From Octopus bimaculoides (Eukaryota): 64,000 nucleotides of DNA. The stretch covers positions 65,542,713 through 65,606,712 of the forward strand of contig NC_068984.1 of the NCBI RefSeq assembly GCF_001194135.2, given 5' to 3'. Made by a program: the position numbers and the translations under genes. The notes under the pieces were generated by a model that saw only the letters and a list, made by a program, of their open reading frames with translations, searched no databases and was not told where the DNA came from. Positions 52,909 to 64,000 of the stretch are shown one piece after another (the stretch's first letter is position 1; every line of letters begins with the position of its first letter).

Positions 52909-53710
52909 NNNNNNNNNNNNNNNNNNNNNNNNNNNNNNNNNNNNNNNNNNNNNNNNNNNNNNNNNNNNNNNNNNNNNNNNNNNNNNNNNNNNNNNNNNNN
53001 NNNNNNNNNNNNNNNNNNNNNNNNNNNNNNNNNNNNNNNNNNNNNNNNNNNNNNNNNNNNNNNNNNNNNNNNNNNNNNNNNNNNNNNNNNNNNNNNNNNN
53101 NNNNNNNNNNNNNNNNNNNNNNNNNNNNNNNNNNNNNNNNNNNNNNNNNNNNNNNNNNNNNNNNNNNNNNNNNNNNNNNNNNNNNNNNNNNNNNNNNNNN
53201 NNNNNNNNNNNNNNNNNNNNNNNNNNNNNNNNNNNNNNNNNNNNNNNNNNNNNNNNNNNNNNNNNNNNNNNNNNNNNNNNNNNNNNNNNNNNNNNNNNNN
53301 NNNNNNNNNNNNNNNNNNNNNNNNNNNNNNNNNNNNNNNNNNNNNNNNNNNNNNNNNNNNNNNNNNNNNNNNNNNNNNNNNNNNNNNNNNNNNNNNNNNN
53401 NNNNNNNNNNNNNNNNNNNNNNNNNNNNNNNNNNNNNNNNNNNNNNNNNNNNNNNNNNNNNNNNNNNNNNNNNNNNNNNNNNNNNNNNNNNNNNNNNNNN
53501 NNNNNNNNNNNNNNNNNNNNNNNNNNNNNNNNNNNNNNNNNNNNNNNNNNNNNNNNNNNNNNNNNNNNNNNNNNNNNNNNNNNNNNNNNNNNNNNNNNNN
53601 NNNNNNNNNNNNNNNNNNNNNNNNNNNNNNNNNNNNNNNNNNNNNNNNNNNNNNNNNNNNNNNNNNNNNNNNNNNNNNNNNNNNNNNNNNNNNNNNNNNN
53701 NNNNNNNNNN
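52909..53710. other. Assembly gap (802 N)
   Basis: Run of N. Confidence 1.
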
Positions 53711-53751
<41 letters not shown>

Positions 53752-53755
<4 letters not shown>

Positions 53756-53895
53756 TCATCATCATCATCATCATCATTTAACATCTGTAGTCCATGCTGG
53801 CATGGGTTGGATGATTTGACCAGGGTTGGCCAGCTGGGAAGTTGTACCAGACTTTAGTATGGTTCCAACGACTGGATGCCCCTCCTAACGCCATA
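53752..53895 (-). mobile_element. RTE-type 3' tail copy with (GAT)n
   Basis: (ATC)n-TTTAACATC...CCATGCTGGCATGGGTTGG...CTGGATGCCCCTCCTAACGCCA. Confidence 0.7.
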
Positions 53896-54237
53896 TATAT
53901 TGATTGTCTTAAAGCTGGCGACATGGTTATGATAACGATTCTTAAATGAATCAGCCATCTTCCCAATGTATGCCTATTTTGTATGGCGGCTGAAGAAGGA
54001 TAAAATGAAGTACAGCATAAGAATGGGGAGATTAACGATTTGTATCCATTTATCACATGATGAGATACACCTACACAGCTGAATGCACCTGAACCAGTTG
54101 TTGAGTATCCCACCCATGAGGGATCAATACTGGATGTGTTGAAACAATTGTCATGATTAATAATAAATTCTCATATATTCCATCTTCCATCTTTCATTTG
54201 CCATATATACATATATACATATATTTATTTATATATA

Positions 54238-54635
54238 CACATTGGCCAAACTAAGTTTAAGACCAATGATGACAGTTTTATTCCTTTATTAATATATTTT
54301 AAACAAAACTGTATACAATCATTTTACTTTTTGCCATTTATGCAGAATATTTTTTCTCTTTTGAATGATATAGGCGTTATATATCTTTCTACAATTTGAA
54401 TAATTTTAATGCACAATTAATTCAAATGATTAGAAATTGTAGGCAAAATAAGTTTAAGACCGTACCAAGATTATGCAAATTTTAGAAAGATATATAATGC
54501 CTATGTCATTCAAAAGAGAAAAAAATTCCACATAAACTGTAAAAAGTAAAATAATTTTATACAGTTTTGTTAAAAATAAATTAATGAAGGAATAGAGCTG
54601 TCATCATCGGTCTTAAACTTATTTTGGCCAGTGTG
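54238..54635. mobile_element. Long-TIR foldback MITE (Tc1/mariner-like)
   Basis: Arms 54238-54404 and 54470-54635 (about 167 bp) are reverse complements. TA precedes the left end, and the spacer holds a direct copy of the terminal motif AAAATAAGTTTAAGACC (54445-54461). Confidence 0.88.
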
Positions 54636-54649
54636 TGTGTGTGTGTGAG

Positions 54650-54789
54650 TCGCCTGACTGGCCTTGTAGGGTTTTCGAGCGAGATCGTTGCCAGTGCCCC
54701 TGGACTGGCTCTTGTGCGGGTGGCACATAAAAGACACCATTTCGAGTGTGGCCGTTTTCGTGCGGGTGGCACGTAAAAGCACCCACTAC
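54650..54789 (+). mobile_element. RTE-type 3' UTR piece with partial 65-bp units
   Basis: CGCCTGACTGGCC...GTGCGGGTGGCACATAAAAG...GTGCGGGTGGCACGTAAAAGCACCCACTAC runs into the gap. Confidence 0.7.
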
Positions 54790-55183
54790 NNNNNNNNNNN
54801 NNNNNNNNNNNNNNNNNNNNNNNNNNNNNNNNNNNNNNNNNNNNNNNNNNNNNNNNNNNNNNNNNNNNNNNNNNNNNNNNNNNNNNNNNNNNNNNNNNNN
54901 NNNNNNNNNNNNNNNNNNNNNNNNNNNNNNNNNNNNNNNNNNNNNNNNNNNNNNNNNNNNNNNNNNNNNNNNNNNNNNNNNNNNNNNNNNNNNNNNNNNN
55001 NNNNNNNNNNNNNNNNNNNNNNNNNNNNNNNNNNNNNNNNNNNNNNNNNNNNNNNNNNNNNNNNNNNNNNNNNNNNNNNNNNNNNNNNNNNNNNNNNNNN
55101 NNNNNNNNNNNNNNNNNNNNNNNNNNNNNNNNNNNNNNNNNNNNNNNNNNNNNNNNNNNNNNNNNNNNNNNNNNNNNNNNNNN
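54790..55183. other. Assembly gap (394 N)
   Basis: Run of N. Confidence 1.
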
Positions 55184-55251
<68 letters not shown>

Positions 55252-55387
55252 GAAGTTAAATGTTATGGCAGGTCATAGAGTTACCATTAGTTTCACACCT
55301 ATAAAGTTCTTAGCATGTAAGGTGATCCATCAGGTTCAAATGGCCGAAGCCAGATATCTTCCTCCATGTATAAATTCATACATACAC

Positions 55388-55540
55388 ATCTCTGAGTGGT
55401 TGGCATTAGGAAGGGCATCCAGCTGTAGAAACTCTGCCAAATCAGATTGGAGCCTGGTGTAGCCATCTGGTTTCACCAGTCCTCAGTCAAATCGTCCGAC
55501 CCATGCTAGCATGGAAAGCGGACGTTAAACGACGACGACG

Positions 55541-55541
<1 letters not shown>
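55388..55541 (+). mobile_element. RTE-type conserved 3' tail with (GAC)n
   Basis: TCTCTGAGTGGTTGGCATTAGGAAGGGCATCC...GGACGTTAAAC(GAC)n is nearly identical to 12818-12960. Confidence 0.8.
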
Positions 55542-55602
<61 letters not shown>

Positions 55603-56229
55603 TAAAACACACAAATACATTTATATATGCATATACCCACCTTTTTACAGACACTCAGATATACATATTCAACTATATACACAAGCAGATGTATACATTA
55701 ATATCTCAATTAACACTCTACATGTGGTATTGAAAACGCTGTGTTAAATGAAACAGCACAGCATGGTGTCATTAAAATATGCAGTAAACAGAGCTATGGG
55801 CTAGAGTATCTATTTTCATGAGCGATATAAACAGAAATGAAGTGATTAACGTTGCCTCATGACTGAAACATCCAGAGACTTGCTGTCGCACCCTTCAAGC
55901 ACTTGTTAACTTTAGATAACCTTACACAATATGGTGCTAAACACTGTAATATCAATTTATTTTGAAATTAAAAAAAACAAGTTCAATTAATATTTAATAT
56001 CATTATGAAATTTTGAAGCAGGTTAAATTAATCAACTCTAGTCACAAGTACACTGACCTGCTCACCATTAATTCAGTAGAAAACAAGTGTGAAATATATA
56101 CAGAATATGCTATAACTCAACTGTGGATTTAGGCTGTGAGTCTTTCTTGTACATTAGTCATTTTCATAAAATACAACATTATCTATCTTTTTGTGAACCT
56201 TTTCTCATTTAGCAAGTCATAGTAGCAGG

Positions 56230-57400
56230 ATATTATGTCGAAGGTACCTTGCTTCCAGGCTCAGAATTCGTTTCTGTTTCCTCTTGTGCACTTTCAATCA
56301 GAGACTTGCTCAATAATCTGATCCATAATTTTCATAGTCTTGGTGAAGCTATCAGAGGAATTCGGTAGTAAGAATTTTGTCTGGCATTACTGGCACTACA
56401 GTATAGTGCATGCTCATTATGGATGCAGTGCTCTGTTAACTCCTGCAACTCTTTTACAAATAAATTCTTACCATGAGACTTGAGTAATTCCTCCAAATCT
56501 TAAACACTATAATTCTTATTCCTTTTATGAGCCTGCTCAATAATATCTCTAATGACAGCTGGTGCTAGTTTTTGTCAAATTCTAGATAATCATTGCATGC
56601 TTCTGCCTTCACTTCTTCTAAACTTCAAAAACTAAAGTTCTTGGCATTTTTATCTCAGGATACTATGATAATATCCATGGCTCTCATAATCTATTAGTAT
56701 TTCAATAGTCTCTAAAGATGGTTTTGTCATAGCCATCTATTTCTTCAATAAGTTGTTTGAAAATGTGATGAAGGTAATGGCCTTTATATTAGAAACTACA
56801 CCCTGGTCCATGGGTTAGAATAAGGAAGTAGTATTTAGTGGTAGGTAAACTACTTCAGCAGGAAGTCCAGTTTGAAGAGTTTTGACATTCTAAGAATGGC
56901 CTGAAGCATTATAAATTGCTGATAACACGAGAGAGTATTGGAAGAATTTTACAGAATTTTAGGACAGACTTGACATCTCATGAAGTGAAGAAAGCAAAAT
57001 ATCAGGAATGGTTCATAAGGTCTTTATCAAAGGATGGCACACATTATCATTCCCCATTGAAATTAGCTGCTGTGGTTTTCCAGCAAGGGCAATGTGCTAT
57101 TTCCTACAGAAGATTGGTTTGCAATCCAAGCAATGGAAGAAAGTCAACATGGAGATAGCCATGGCAAATGAAACCATTTCAAGTTTATTGCAGTTGTCAA
57201 GTGATCACAGATTACTGGACTCTTCTGCAATCAAAGGCTAATTTTGATTTTTGCTGTCTCACTCAGGTGAAGCATACAAGTCAAGAGATAAAATGCTTGC
57301 AATATTGAGATGCCTGTTGAAGATATGGAATGGTTTCCAACACTGCAATAGCTTAACTCACCATTAGAAGAAGAACTTATAATATCTTTAAGTAGTTACA
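56230..57400 (-). mobile_element. pogo/Tigger-type transposase relic
   Basis: The minus frame reads YNASGHS...AEVVYLPLNTTSLF*PMDQGVVSNIKA.HY, matching the Tigger DDE motif DNAPGH...VVFLPPNTTSLLQPMDQG. Further decayed blocks lie on both sides; no TIRs were found. Confidence 0.65.
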
Positions 57401-58916
57401 GCAGTTTCTACACAAGGCATCACTTGTAAAGGAAAACACTTGCATCTTGACTTTTATTTTCTTGAGGAAGAAGACAGTAAACAAAGAATGTATTCCACTT
57501 TCTTGTTAACTTTTATTATCTGTTATTATGCTTTTACACTTCTGCAAATTTCTTCTGAAAATTTCTTGCATAACAAATTTTATTCTCACTTCACATTTAC
57601 ACATTCTTCACTATGGAACAAAATTGAAGACTTGAAGCAACAAGATAAAGAATGAGATGATACAGGTAAAAAGGTGCTAAAAGTGTAATGGCACGTTAAT
57701 TCAGCTTTTTTAAAAAATTTATATGATCTAAAAAAAAATTAATGTTTTAAAACTAAGACAGTTACACACATAAAATTTCACTGCAAATGAATACATATGT
57801 GTCACACTGTAAACACACCTGTAATTACATATACATCATGATGATGTCCATTATAAACACTTGAGTTTAGAAAGATATCTTTTCATACTTTATTCACCAC
57901 AAAATCTTGATGCACACAATGTGGAATGTACATAGTTCAACGGTCAAAAATGACATTTCTATGAACACATTTCTTCTGTGTTTAGATGGTAAATTATAAG
58001 CTTCTCCCACTTTTATTTTACATTTGTTTCAAAAAGACTAGCCAAGTTATAATATATGCTAAAAACTATAACCCTCCAAAACAACTAAACCAGATGATTA
58101 TTTGTGTGCGTGCATGTGTGTGTCTGTGTGCACAAGTGCTTTTGCTTTCTTGTAATTCTGCATTCACAGTAACTCACCTCTGACAAGATTTGCATTCCAG
58201 TTCAATCTATAAAGTTTATGCTTTAAAATTTTTTTTTCAGACTAGAAAATTAGAATGATAAAATATAATCTATTTCATCATTAAAGTCTGCCAAAACAGC
58301 TCAAACACAATAGACAGTTTATTGTAACCAGTTCAGTGTCTCACTCTCATAAATTCAATTTACAGCAGGGCCTATTCTTGGGACTTGATAAAAGACAGGT
58401 TTGGTATGTCATGTATATGTAAAAGTTTATCATCACTGTCACCATCAGCAGCAGAAGCTTCATCATCACTATTATCATTACCTTCATGTTAGAAAAATAA
58501 ATTCCGATCTATTTTAGATGGAGCTCACATTTTATTACATATGCTAGAAGTAAAAATTGATTATGTGTTTGTATCTTTTAAAGAATTCTTTGGAAATACT
58601 GATGTAAGATTCATCAAAGTATATTTACCATATTCTATGTCACATCTTTAACGAAATAAAATAACTGATAGTTAAATGATGTAATACATTAAATCCCTGG
58701 TTATGGCACAATGTGGGAATGTAGTCAATGCCAATGCAACTAGTGGGAACATATAGTGAGATGGGCAAACTATGAACATTCCTATCCTCATAAGACCACA
58801 AAACAGTACTAGAACTGTATCCCAAAGAGGGTGAGCATAGGGAAAAACTACAAAATTTAGCATTCAAAATAAATTATCCAGTTGCTACACATGTGGCAGT
58901 AAACGCTGGTTAAAGG

Positions 58917-58920
<4 letters not shown>

Positions 58921-58958
<38 letters not shown>

Positions 58959-59000
58959 ACACACACACATACACACACACACACACACACACATACACAC
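58921..59000. repeat. (CA)n microsatellite
   Basis: Directly visible; similar runs at about 39080-39122, 44047-44067, 47110-47145 and 55543-55587. Confidence 0.95.
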
Positions 59001-59897
59001 AGAGACAGAACAAAAGCTATGTACAAGAACAATTCATGGTGATTGTCAGTCCTAAGGCAACGCTAGGTACAATTTATGAATAAACGGATAAAACTGTTCT
59101 TGAAGTGAACCATGAGACTCAAGAAATCCCGCTCCAAACACAACTGGTAAGGAGACGGAGAGTCACCACAGCAGCAAATATGACAGTGAAAATAACTGAC
59201 CAGGAGATTTCCCCATTGATATATAAGGATGGTGATCAAGCTGAGGCTAAAGAAGATAAGACTTCTTAGGAAATATGGAAAATGATGCAATGAAAATTTC
59301 AAAAATTAATAAAAGCAAGTTCAAGAATACCATCTGTAAAAAAGAGAAAGCCTCTGCTGAGAAAGGACTCATCTCTTATGAAGAAAGGTCTATAATTTGT
59401 AAGGAAAAAAACCAACCTCCATTCAAATTGAAATGCAATTCACAACCATTTGCAACACTTAAACATCTAATAAGTTACTAATATGAAATAAAGAGCATGG
59501 GAAAGAAAGGGACTTAGTAGACATTTTAGTCATGCATTGTGAGGTATTACTTGTCATATATTAACTCGCCCACTGTAACTTGAGAGGTCCTCACAGACTA
59601 TTCTGGATTATCCAACTATGAACTTTACAGAAGCTTGTAGAGGAGGTCAAGGAATGTGGGATATCCTGATCAAAGCAGGTGGACATTTAAATTTCATATA
59701 GATATATTTTAATTATTGTGTGTTTTGTTATAATTGTATAATTTATTTTGCATGAATATTCATGTTGCTTACAAAATTTTAGTTCATTCTCTTTGTATAA
59801 CATATCTTTCCTATCCCATACACTATTGTAAGACCTCTGTTCAACATCCTTTAAAATTCGTAGTATTTCCTTGAGCCTTGTGACTAATAAAGAAACT

Positions 59898-59947
59898 TAC
59901 TACTACTACTACTACCATTATTATCATTATTATTATTATTATTATAA

Positions 59948-60009
<62 letters not shown>

Positions 60010-60022
60010 CATCATCATTATT
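59898..60022. repeat. Compound (TAC)n/(TTA)n/(TCA)n microsatellite
   Basis: Directly visible, immediately 5' of a SINE. Confidence 0.95.
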
Positions 60023-60240
60023 AAGGTGGTGAGCTGGCAGAATCATTAACATGCCATATGAAATGCTTGGCAGCATTTCGCCCATTGCTACATTCTGAGT
60101 TCAAGTTCTACTGAAGTCAACTTTACCTTTCATCTTTTTGGGGTTGATAAAACAAGTACCTGTTAAATACTGGGATCAATGTAATCGACTCATCCCCACC
60201 ACAAAGAAAAATTACTGCCTTGTGACCAAATTTGAAACTA
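60022..60240 (+). mobile_element. SINE family C full-length copy
   Basis: AAGGTGGTGAGCTGGCAGAATC...CTGAGTTCAAGTTC...TTTGAAACTATTATT. Confidence 0.8.
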
Positions 60241-60667
60241 TTATTTTCATTATTATTCAGAAGTCATATTTTTATCATGTGCATTCATTGCACTACTGAA
60301 CACAGCTCTGTGTGCCTTGGGTATGTGCTGTGGTTTGTTGTGGTGTTCTTATTTTCACTGTATTGAAAGTGCTTTACGTAGGATGTGTGCAGTGCCTAGT
60401 AGTGCTGTTTTCTGCATGTTAAATACACTTGTAAGTCCTAGGGTTTTGGTTAGGTATTTGGGTGAATGTTGTTTTATCATACCTAATGCACCTACAAGGT
60501 TAAATAATAATAATTCTTTAAAATGTATAATAGGATATATTTATGTTTTTAGGCTTCACATTCGAGTTACCTCTATTTCTAGATCTTTGTATTTAGAAAG
60601 TTGTTGTTGTTGTTCATCTTTTTCTTTTTCTTCTTCTTCTTCTCCACCTTGTCATTATTATTATTAT

Positions 60668-61075
60668 TAAGGTGGTAAGCTGGAAGGATTGTTAGAATAT
60701 CAGAAAAACATACTTTGAGGCATTTGTTTTGACATTTTACATATAGAGTTCAGATGTTGCCAAGATCAACTTTGCCTTTAAACCTGCCAGGGTCAATAGA
60801 GTAAAGGATCAGCCAAGCACTAAGGTTAATTTAATCAACTAATCATCTCTACCTCTTTTGGCCTTGTACCAGCATTTTAAAGAATTATTATTACAATTGT
60901 TTAGCAGAGTTGTGAGAATTGTCATACAAATCTCCTTGGGGCATTTAGTTAAGGCACTTTATATACTGAATTCAAATCTATAGTATCAGTAAAGTACTGA
61001 GGTCAACGTACGTGATTCATCCTACTTCCCTAAAGGTTGCTGGCCTTGTGTCAAAATTACAAAGGAACATAATTA
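60668..61075 (+). mobile_element. Two tandem decayed SINE family C copies
   Basis: 60668-60885 (AAGGTGGTAAGCTGG...) and about 60900-61075 (internally deleted), each ending in ATTATT. Confidence 0.6.
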
Positions 61076-61599
61076 TTATTTTAAAAAGTGAGATAGAACA
61101 TCAGACAACTTATCTCAGATGTCAAATACTACCAAGTTTGTTTTTATAACATCAAGTCAATAAATAAAAATCCTCGTCAACAGCTGAAATTGATTCACCA
61201 AATGTAAGACTTGTGCCTCTTCAAGAAATCATTATCAGTAACTTAAATACATTATTATACATGTTTAGTTTTTACCTTCCTAACATCAAACATCTTTCTT
61301 CTATATTACATTGGTGAAAAATATAAATACTTTAAATGACTATGTCTTTAAATATCAAAAGATAATTACTTAATACTTCAGAGAATTTTGTTTAACTCTG
61401 TAAATCATAACAGATTGCAAGCTTTCTGAAAATTTATAAAATTTTAAATTCATATTGAATCAAATCAGAATATCAAAAATTGAGGATAAATGACTACTCT
61501 CTAAATTTTTGTAAACTTGTATAATATTAATGGTATGACAATGTTAGTTGTGATTTTTTTAAGGTACTTCATCTTTTAATATAGAATTATATTCTTTAC

Positions 61600-62250
61600 T
61601 GTTAATAAAAGCTTTTAAAATATCATCATTTTGTTCACTTTTTTAAACATCATTTCAAACATAAGTTATTCATCAGCTTACTGAGTTTGTGACGAATCTC
61701 TTCAATAAGCTTTTTAACAATTGTAATGGCAACTAAGAATGCTGGCAAGTCTGGAATAATGGTGGTGCAACTTTTCTCAGTCTATTTTCTCTTTTGTTTT
61801 GGTAAAATACAATTCTCTTGAATTGCTTAGTCTAGAATCATGTTAATAAATAAAAAGAGAAATTTATTAGAAATTTGAATTCCTGTCAAGAATATATGCA
61901 AGAATAAGTATAAAACCCTTATGTTTTCCTATTCTATTTCAGAACATGTGTGCCAAATCAATTTATCAATTCAGTAATGGAATAATATTTTGCCAACCTA
62001 TTGCATTTGTAACATTTGCAACATTGCCACTTCTGTAAATTGACCTATTCAGTGGCTACAAGTGGTGTTAATATCTCTAAAGATATTTCCTATTACATTT
62101 AATGTGAATAAAATCCCCTCTTTTTAGAACATTCCTGAAATTGTTCCATCTCTGAGGATATTATCCAAGAATTTCTCCAAGTACTTTGGGTTATAAACTG
62201 GATTAGTGTCTAAAAACCCAAAAGACACTGTCATTGTCAATAAATTTGCA
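61600..62250 (-). mobile_element. Non-LTR RT relic (RTEX-like)
   Basis: One minus frame with stops reads ...GKILFHY*IDKLI...FLTGIQISNKFLFLFINMILD*AIQEN...TTIIPDLPAFLVAIT, resembling ...KILKAYGIPDKLV...LAGVLQGDTLAPFLFIIVLD...ITDLDFADDIAL. Confidence 0.45.
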
Positions 62251-62398
62251 AATAAAAATCTAAATTAATATTTCAATATTTCATTTCTATATGTAATGAG
62301 TATACTCTACTGCTTAGAAATGACAGCTTCTATTCTTTTGACAACTATTGAATAGTTTAAATATAGAGATTAGGAATTTAACAATTTAAAATCCAATA

Positions 62399-62591
62399 CT
62401 GTAATCCTTCACCATATCGTGGTTTACCTATCATGGGTCACCTATCGTGGTTTATTATTTAAGCCTACATCGATTCATCCATGGTGTTGTTCTGCATTAA
62501 TAATAAATTAAATATATGCAAATTATAAGAATAATAAAAAAAATACACGTGGGGGGGGGACGTAACATCCGTGATAATCGAGGGATTACTG
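62399..62591. mobile_element. pogo/Tigger-type MITE (193 bp) with TA TSD
   Basis: TA-CTGTAATCCTTC...GAGGGATTACTG-TA; the TIR consensus CAGTAATCCCTCG is Tigger-like. Confidence 0.8.
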
Positions 62592-64000
62592 TAGCAACAA
62601 AATATGCTTGAAATTTATGTTCTAAATGTAGTTCAAGAAAGTTACTTATATAATAAAACTAATTATTACATGAAATCTGAAGAAGATTTAACCATATTGA
62701 CATGTCTTTCAGGAAATGCTAGTTCATTCTTAACTCATGATAATTTTAGTAACTATAGGTTTAAATTTTCATAGCATATTCATCCTAAGTCCATATATAG
62801 CAAGGCTTTCCACAAACAAACATTATTGGTGCTCAACTAAGAAGATGATGCTACTTTGACTCGATCAAGTGGATTTGCAAAAGGTTACAAATTTGAAAGG
62901 AAATTATATAACTAATTTAATCAAACTCAGTACATTACAAGAGGTTGTATTGCTTCAAGAGATTTTAAAGACAGAGTTAACTGGTATCATTGAAATTCAC
63001 CTTATAGGATTGAGTCAAATGCTTTGCTGTTCAACCTATCCACCATCAGTGAAATTAATTTTATTTACCATTGAATTAAATCACTTAAAAAACTGGATTT
63101 TAAGAGAGCCTAATAAGAACTAATCACTACCAAAAATGTCCCCAGTTATGTCGTACAATATTCCTCCACTCTCATAAAGGCACAGTAATTTTAGGTGTAA
63201 CATGAAACATTTTGAAGTCTTTTTTACTTATTTTCATAGGCATATCATTTTATGATAACTCTAAAAAGGAGCTGGAAACAAAGAGTGTCAGTGAAAAGTC
63301 TAAACGGAGGAAGAATTGGCTGTTTATGATTACAAAAATAACATCTGTTGGAGAGGAAAACTAATGTCAATCATAAAAAGGACAAGGAGATAAGTAGAAT
63401 ACATCTACAAGGGAAAATGATTTGATTCAAGAAATAGTGATTATTCAAAGAGACTTGGCTGAAAAATTTAGAATTTTAAGTTTAACTATATGGCATAATG
63501 CTAACAAATTTCATAACTGACTATATAGTTAAAAGGCTCACACTTAATTGAGTTTTAGCATGTGATTAAAGGAAAAAATCTATAATGTAAGTTTAAAAAT
63601 TTATTTTTATTCAAATTTTCCACTTCGTAATGAATTCTTTTAACAACTACATATAATTGAAAAACATAAAAATCTATATGAAAATATTTACCAATTGTTC
63701 CAGTAAACACATTTTAAAACAGGTAGAATTTAAACATAAAGCAAACAAAAGAATTATATAGAAAAACAAGGATTACAGTCCTCAAATATGATTAAAACAA
63801 TACATATGTTTTAATCAAAAATTTTATTTTTGTTTCATTATTCAGACACTGCCTTCAGCTAGTACTAGCTCTAATCATTTATGAATCCTAAATAGACAAA
63901 ACAAGATCAATTTTATAGAAGTCATGAATTCTAATGACCAATTTGCTTTATAAAAATAAGAACCATATAGCTAATCAATAGAAATCAATTATCAGGAATC

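Noticed and set aside
56916-57241. Plus-strand ORFs of 77-80 aa
   Set aside because: Antisense to the Tigger transposase relic.
58700-59680. Possible LINE C-terminal relics (also 62780-63450, 19860-20080, 14180-14340)
   Set aside because: Fragmentary motif resemblance only; left uncalled without an HMM search.
61689-61750. 69-nt exon candidate DLPAFLVAITIVKKLIEEIRHKL
   Set aside because: It is in frame with an upstream decayed RT (LAGVLQGD-like block), corresponding to RT domain 5.

Overview
This is AT-rich eukaryotic (metazoan) DNA from a gapped draft assembly, with six N-gaps that mostly sit beside (TA)n runs. The repeat complement points to an octopus (coleoid cephalopod) genome: tRNA-derived SINEs, RTE-type LINE tails and very dense microsatellites. 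That assignment is recognition from memory, not a database match. I can support no intact host gene, tRNA, rRNA or CRISPR array; the window reads as a large intron or intergenic transposon graveyard. DNA transposons: a near-full-length Tc1-like element with DD36E spacing (4230-5514), an adjacent full-length DD34D mariner (5544-6820), a mariner HTH fragment, a pogo/Tigger transposase relic and several MITE/foldback elements. Retroelements: a fairly well-preserved 5'-truncated RTE LINE whose 3' UTR carries a 65-bp tandem stem-loop array (36590-38220), many older LINE relics and at least three SINE families. A Penelope-like remnant holds a minimal hammerhead-ribozyme-like fold (43622-43658). Most ORFs in the supplied track are artefacts of microsatellites, N-gaps or antisense reading of TE relics. 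No clearly new biological system is demonstrated; the best leads are the hammerhead-like motif, the DD36E element and the LINE 3' UTR hairpin array.
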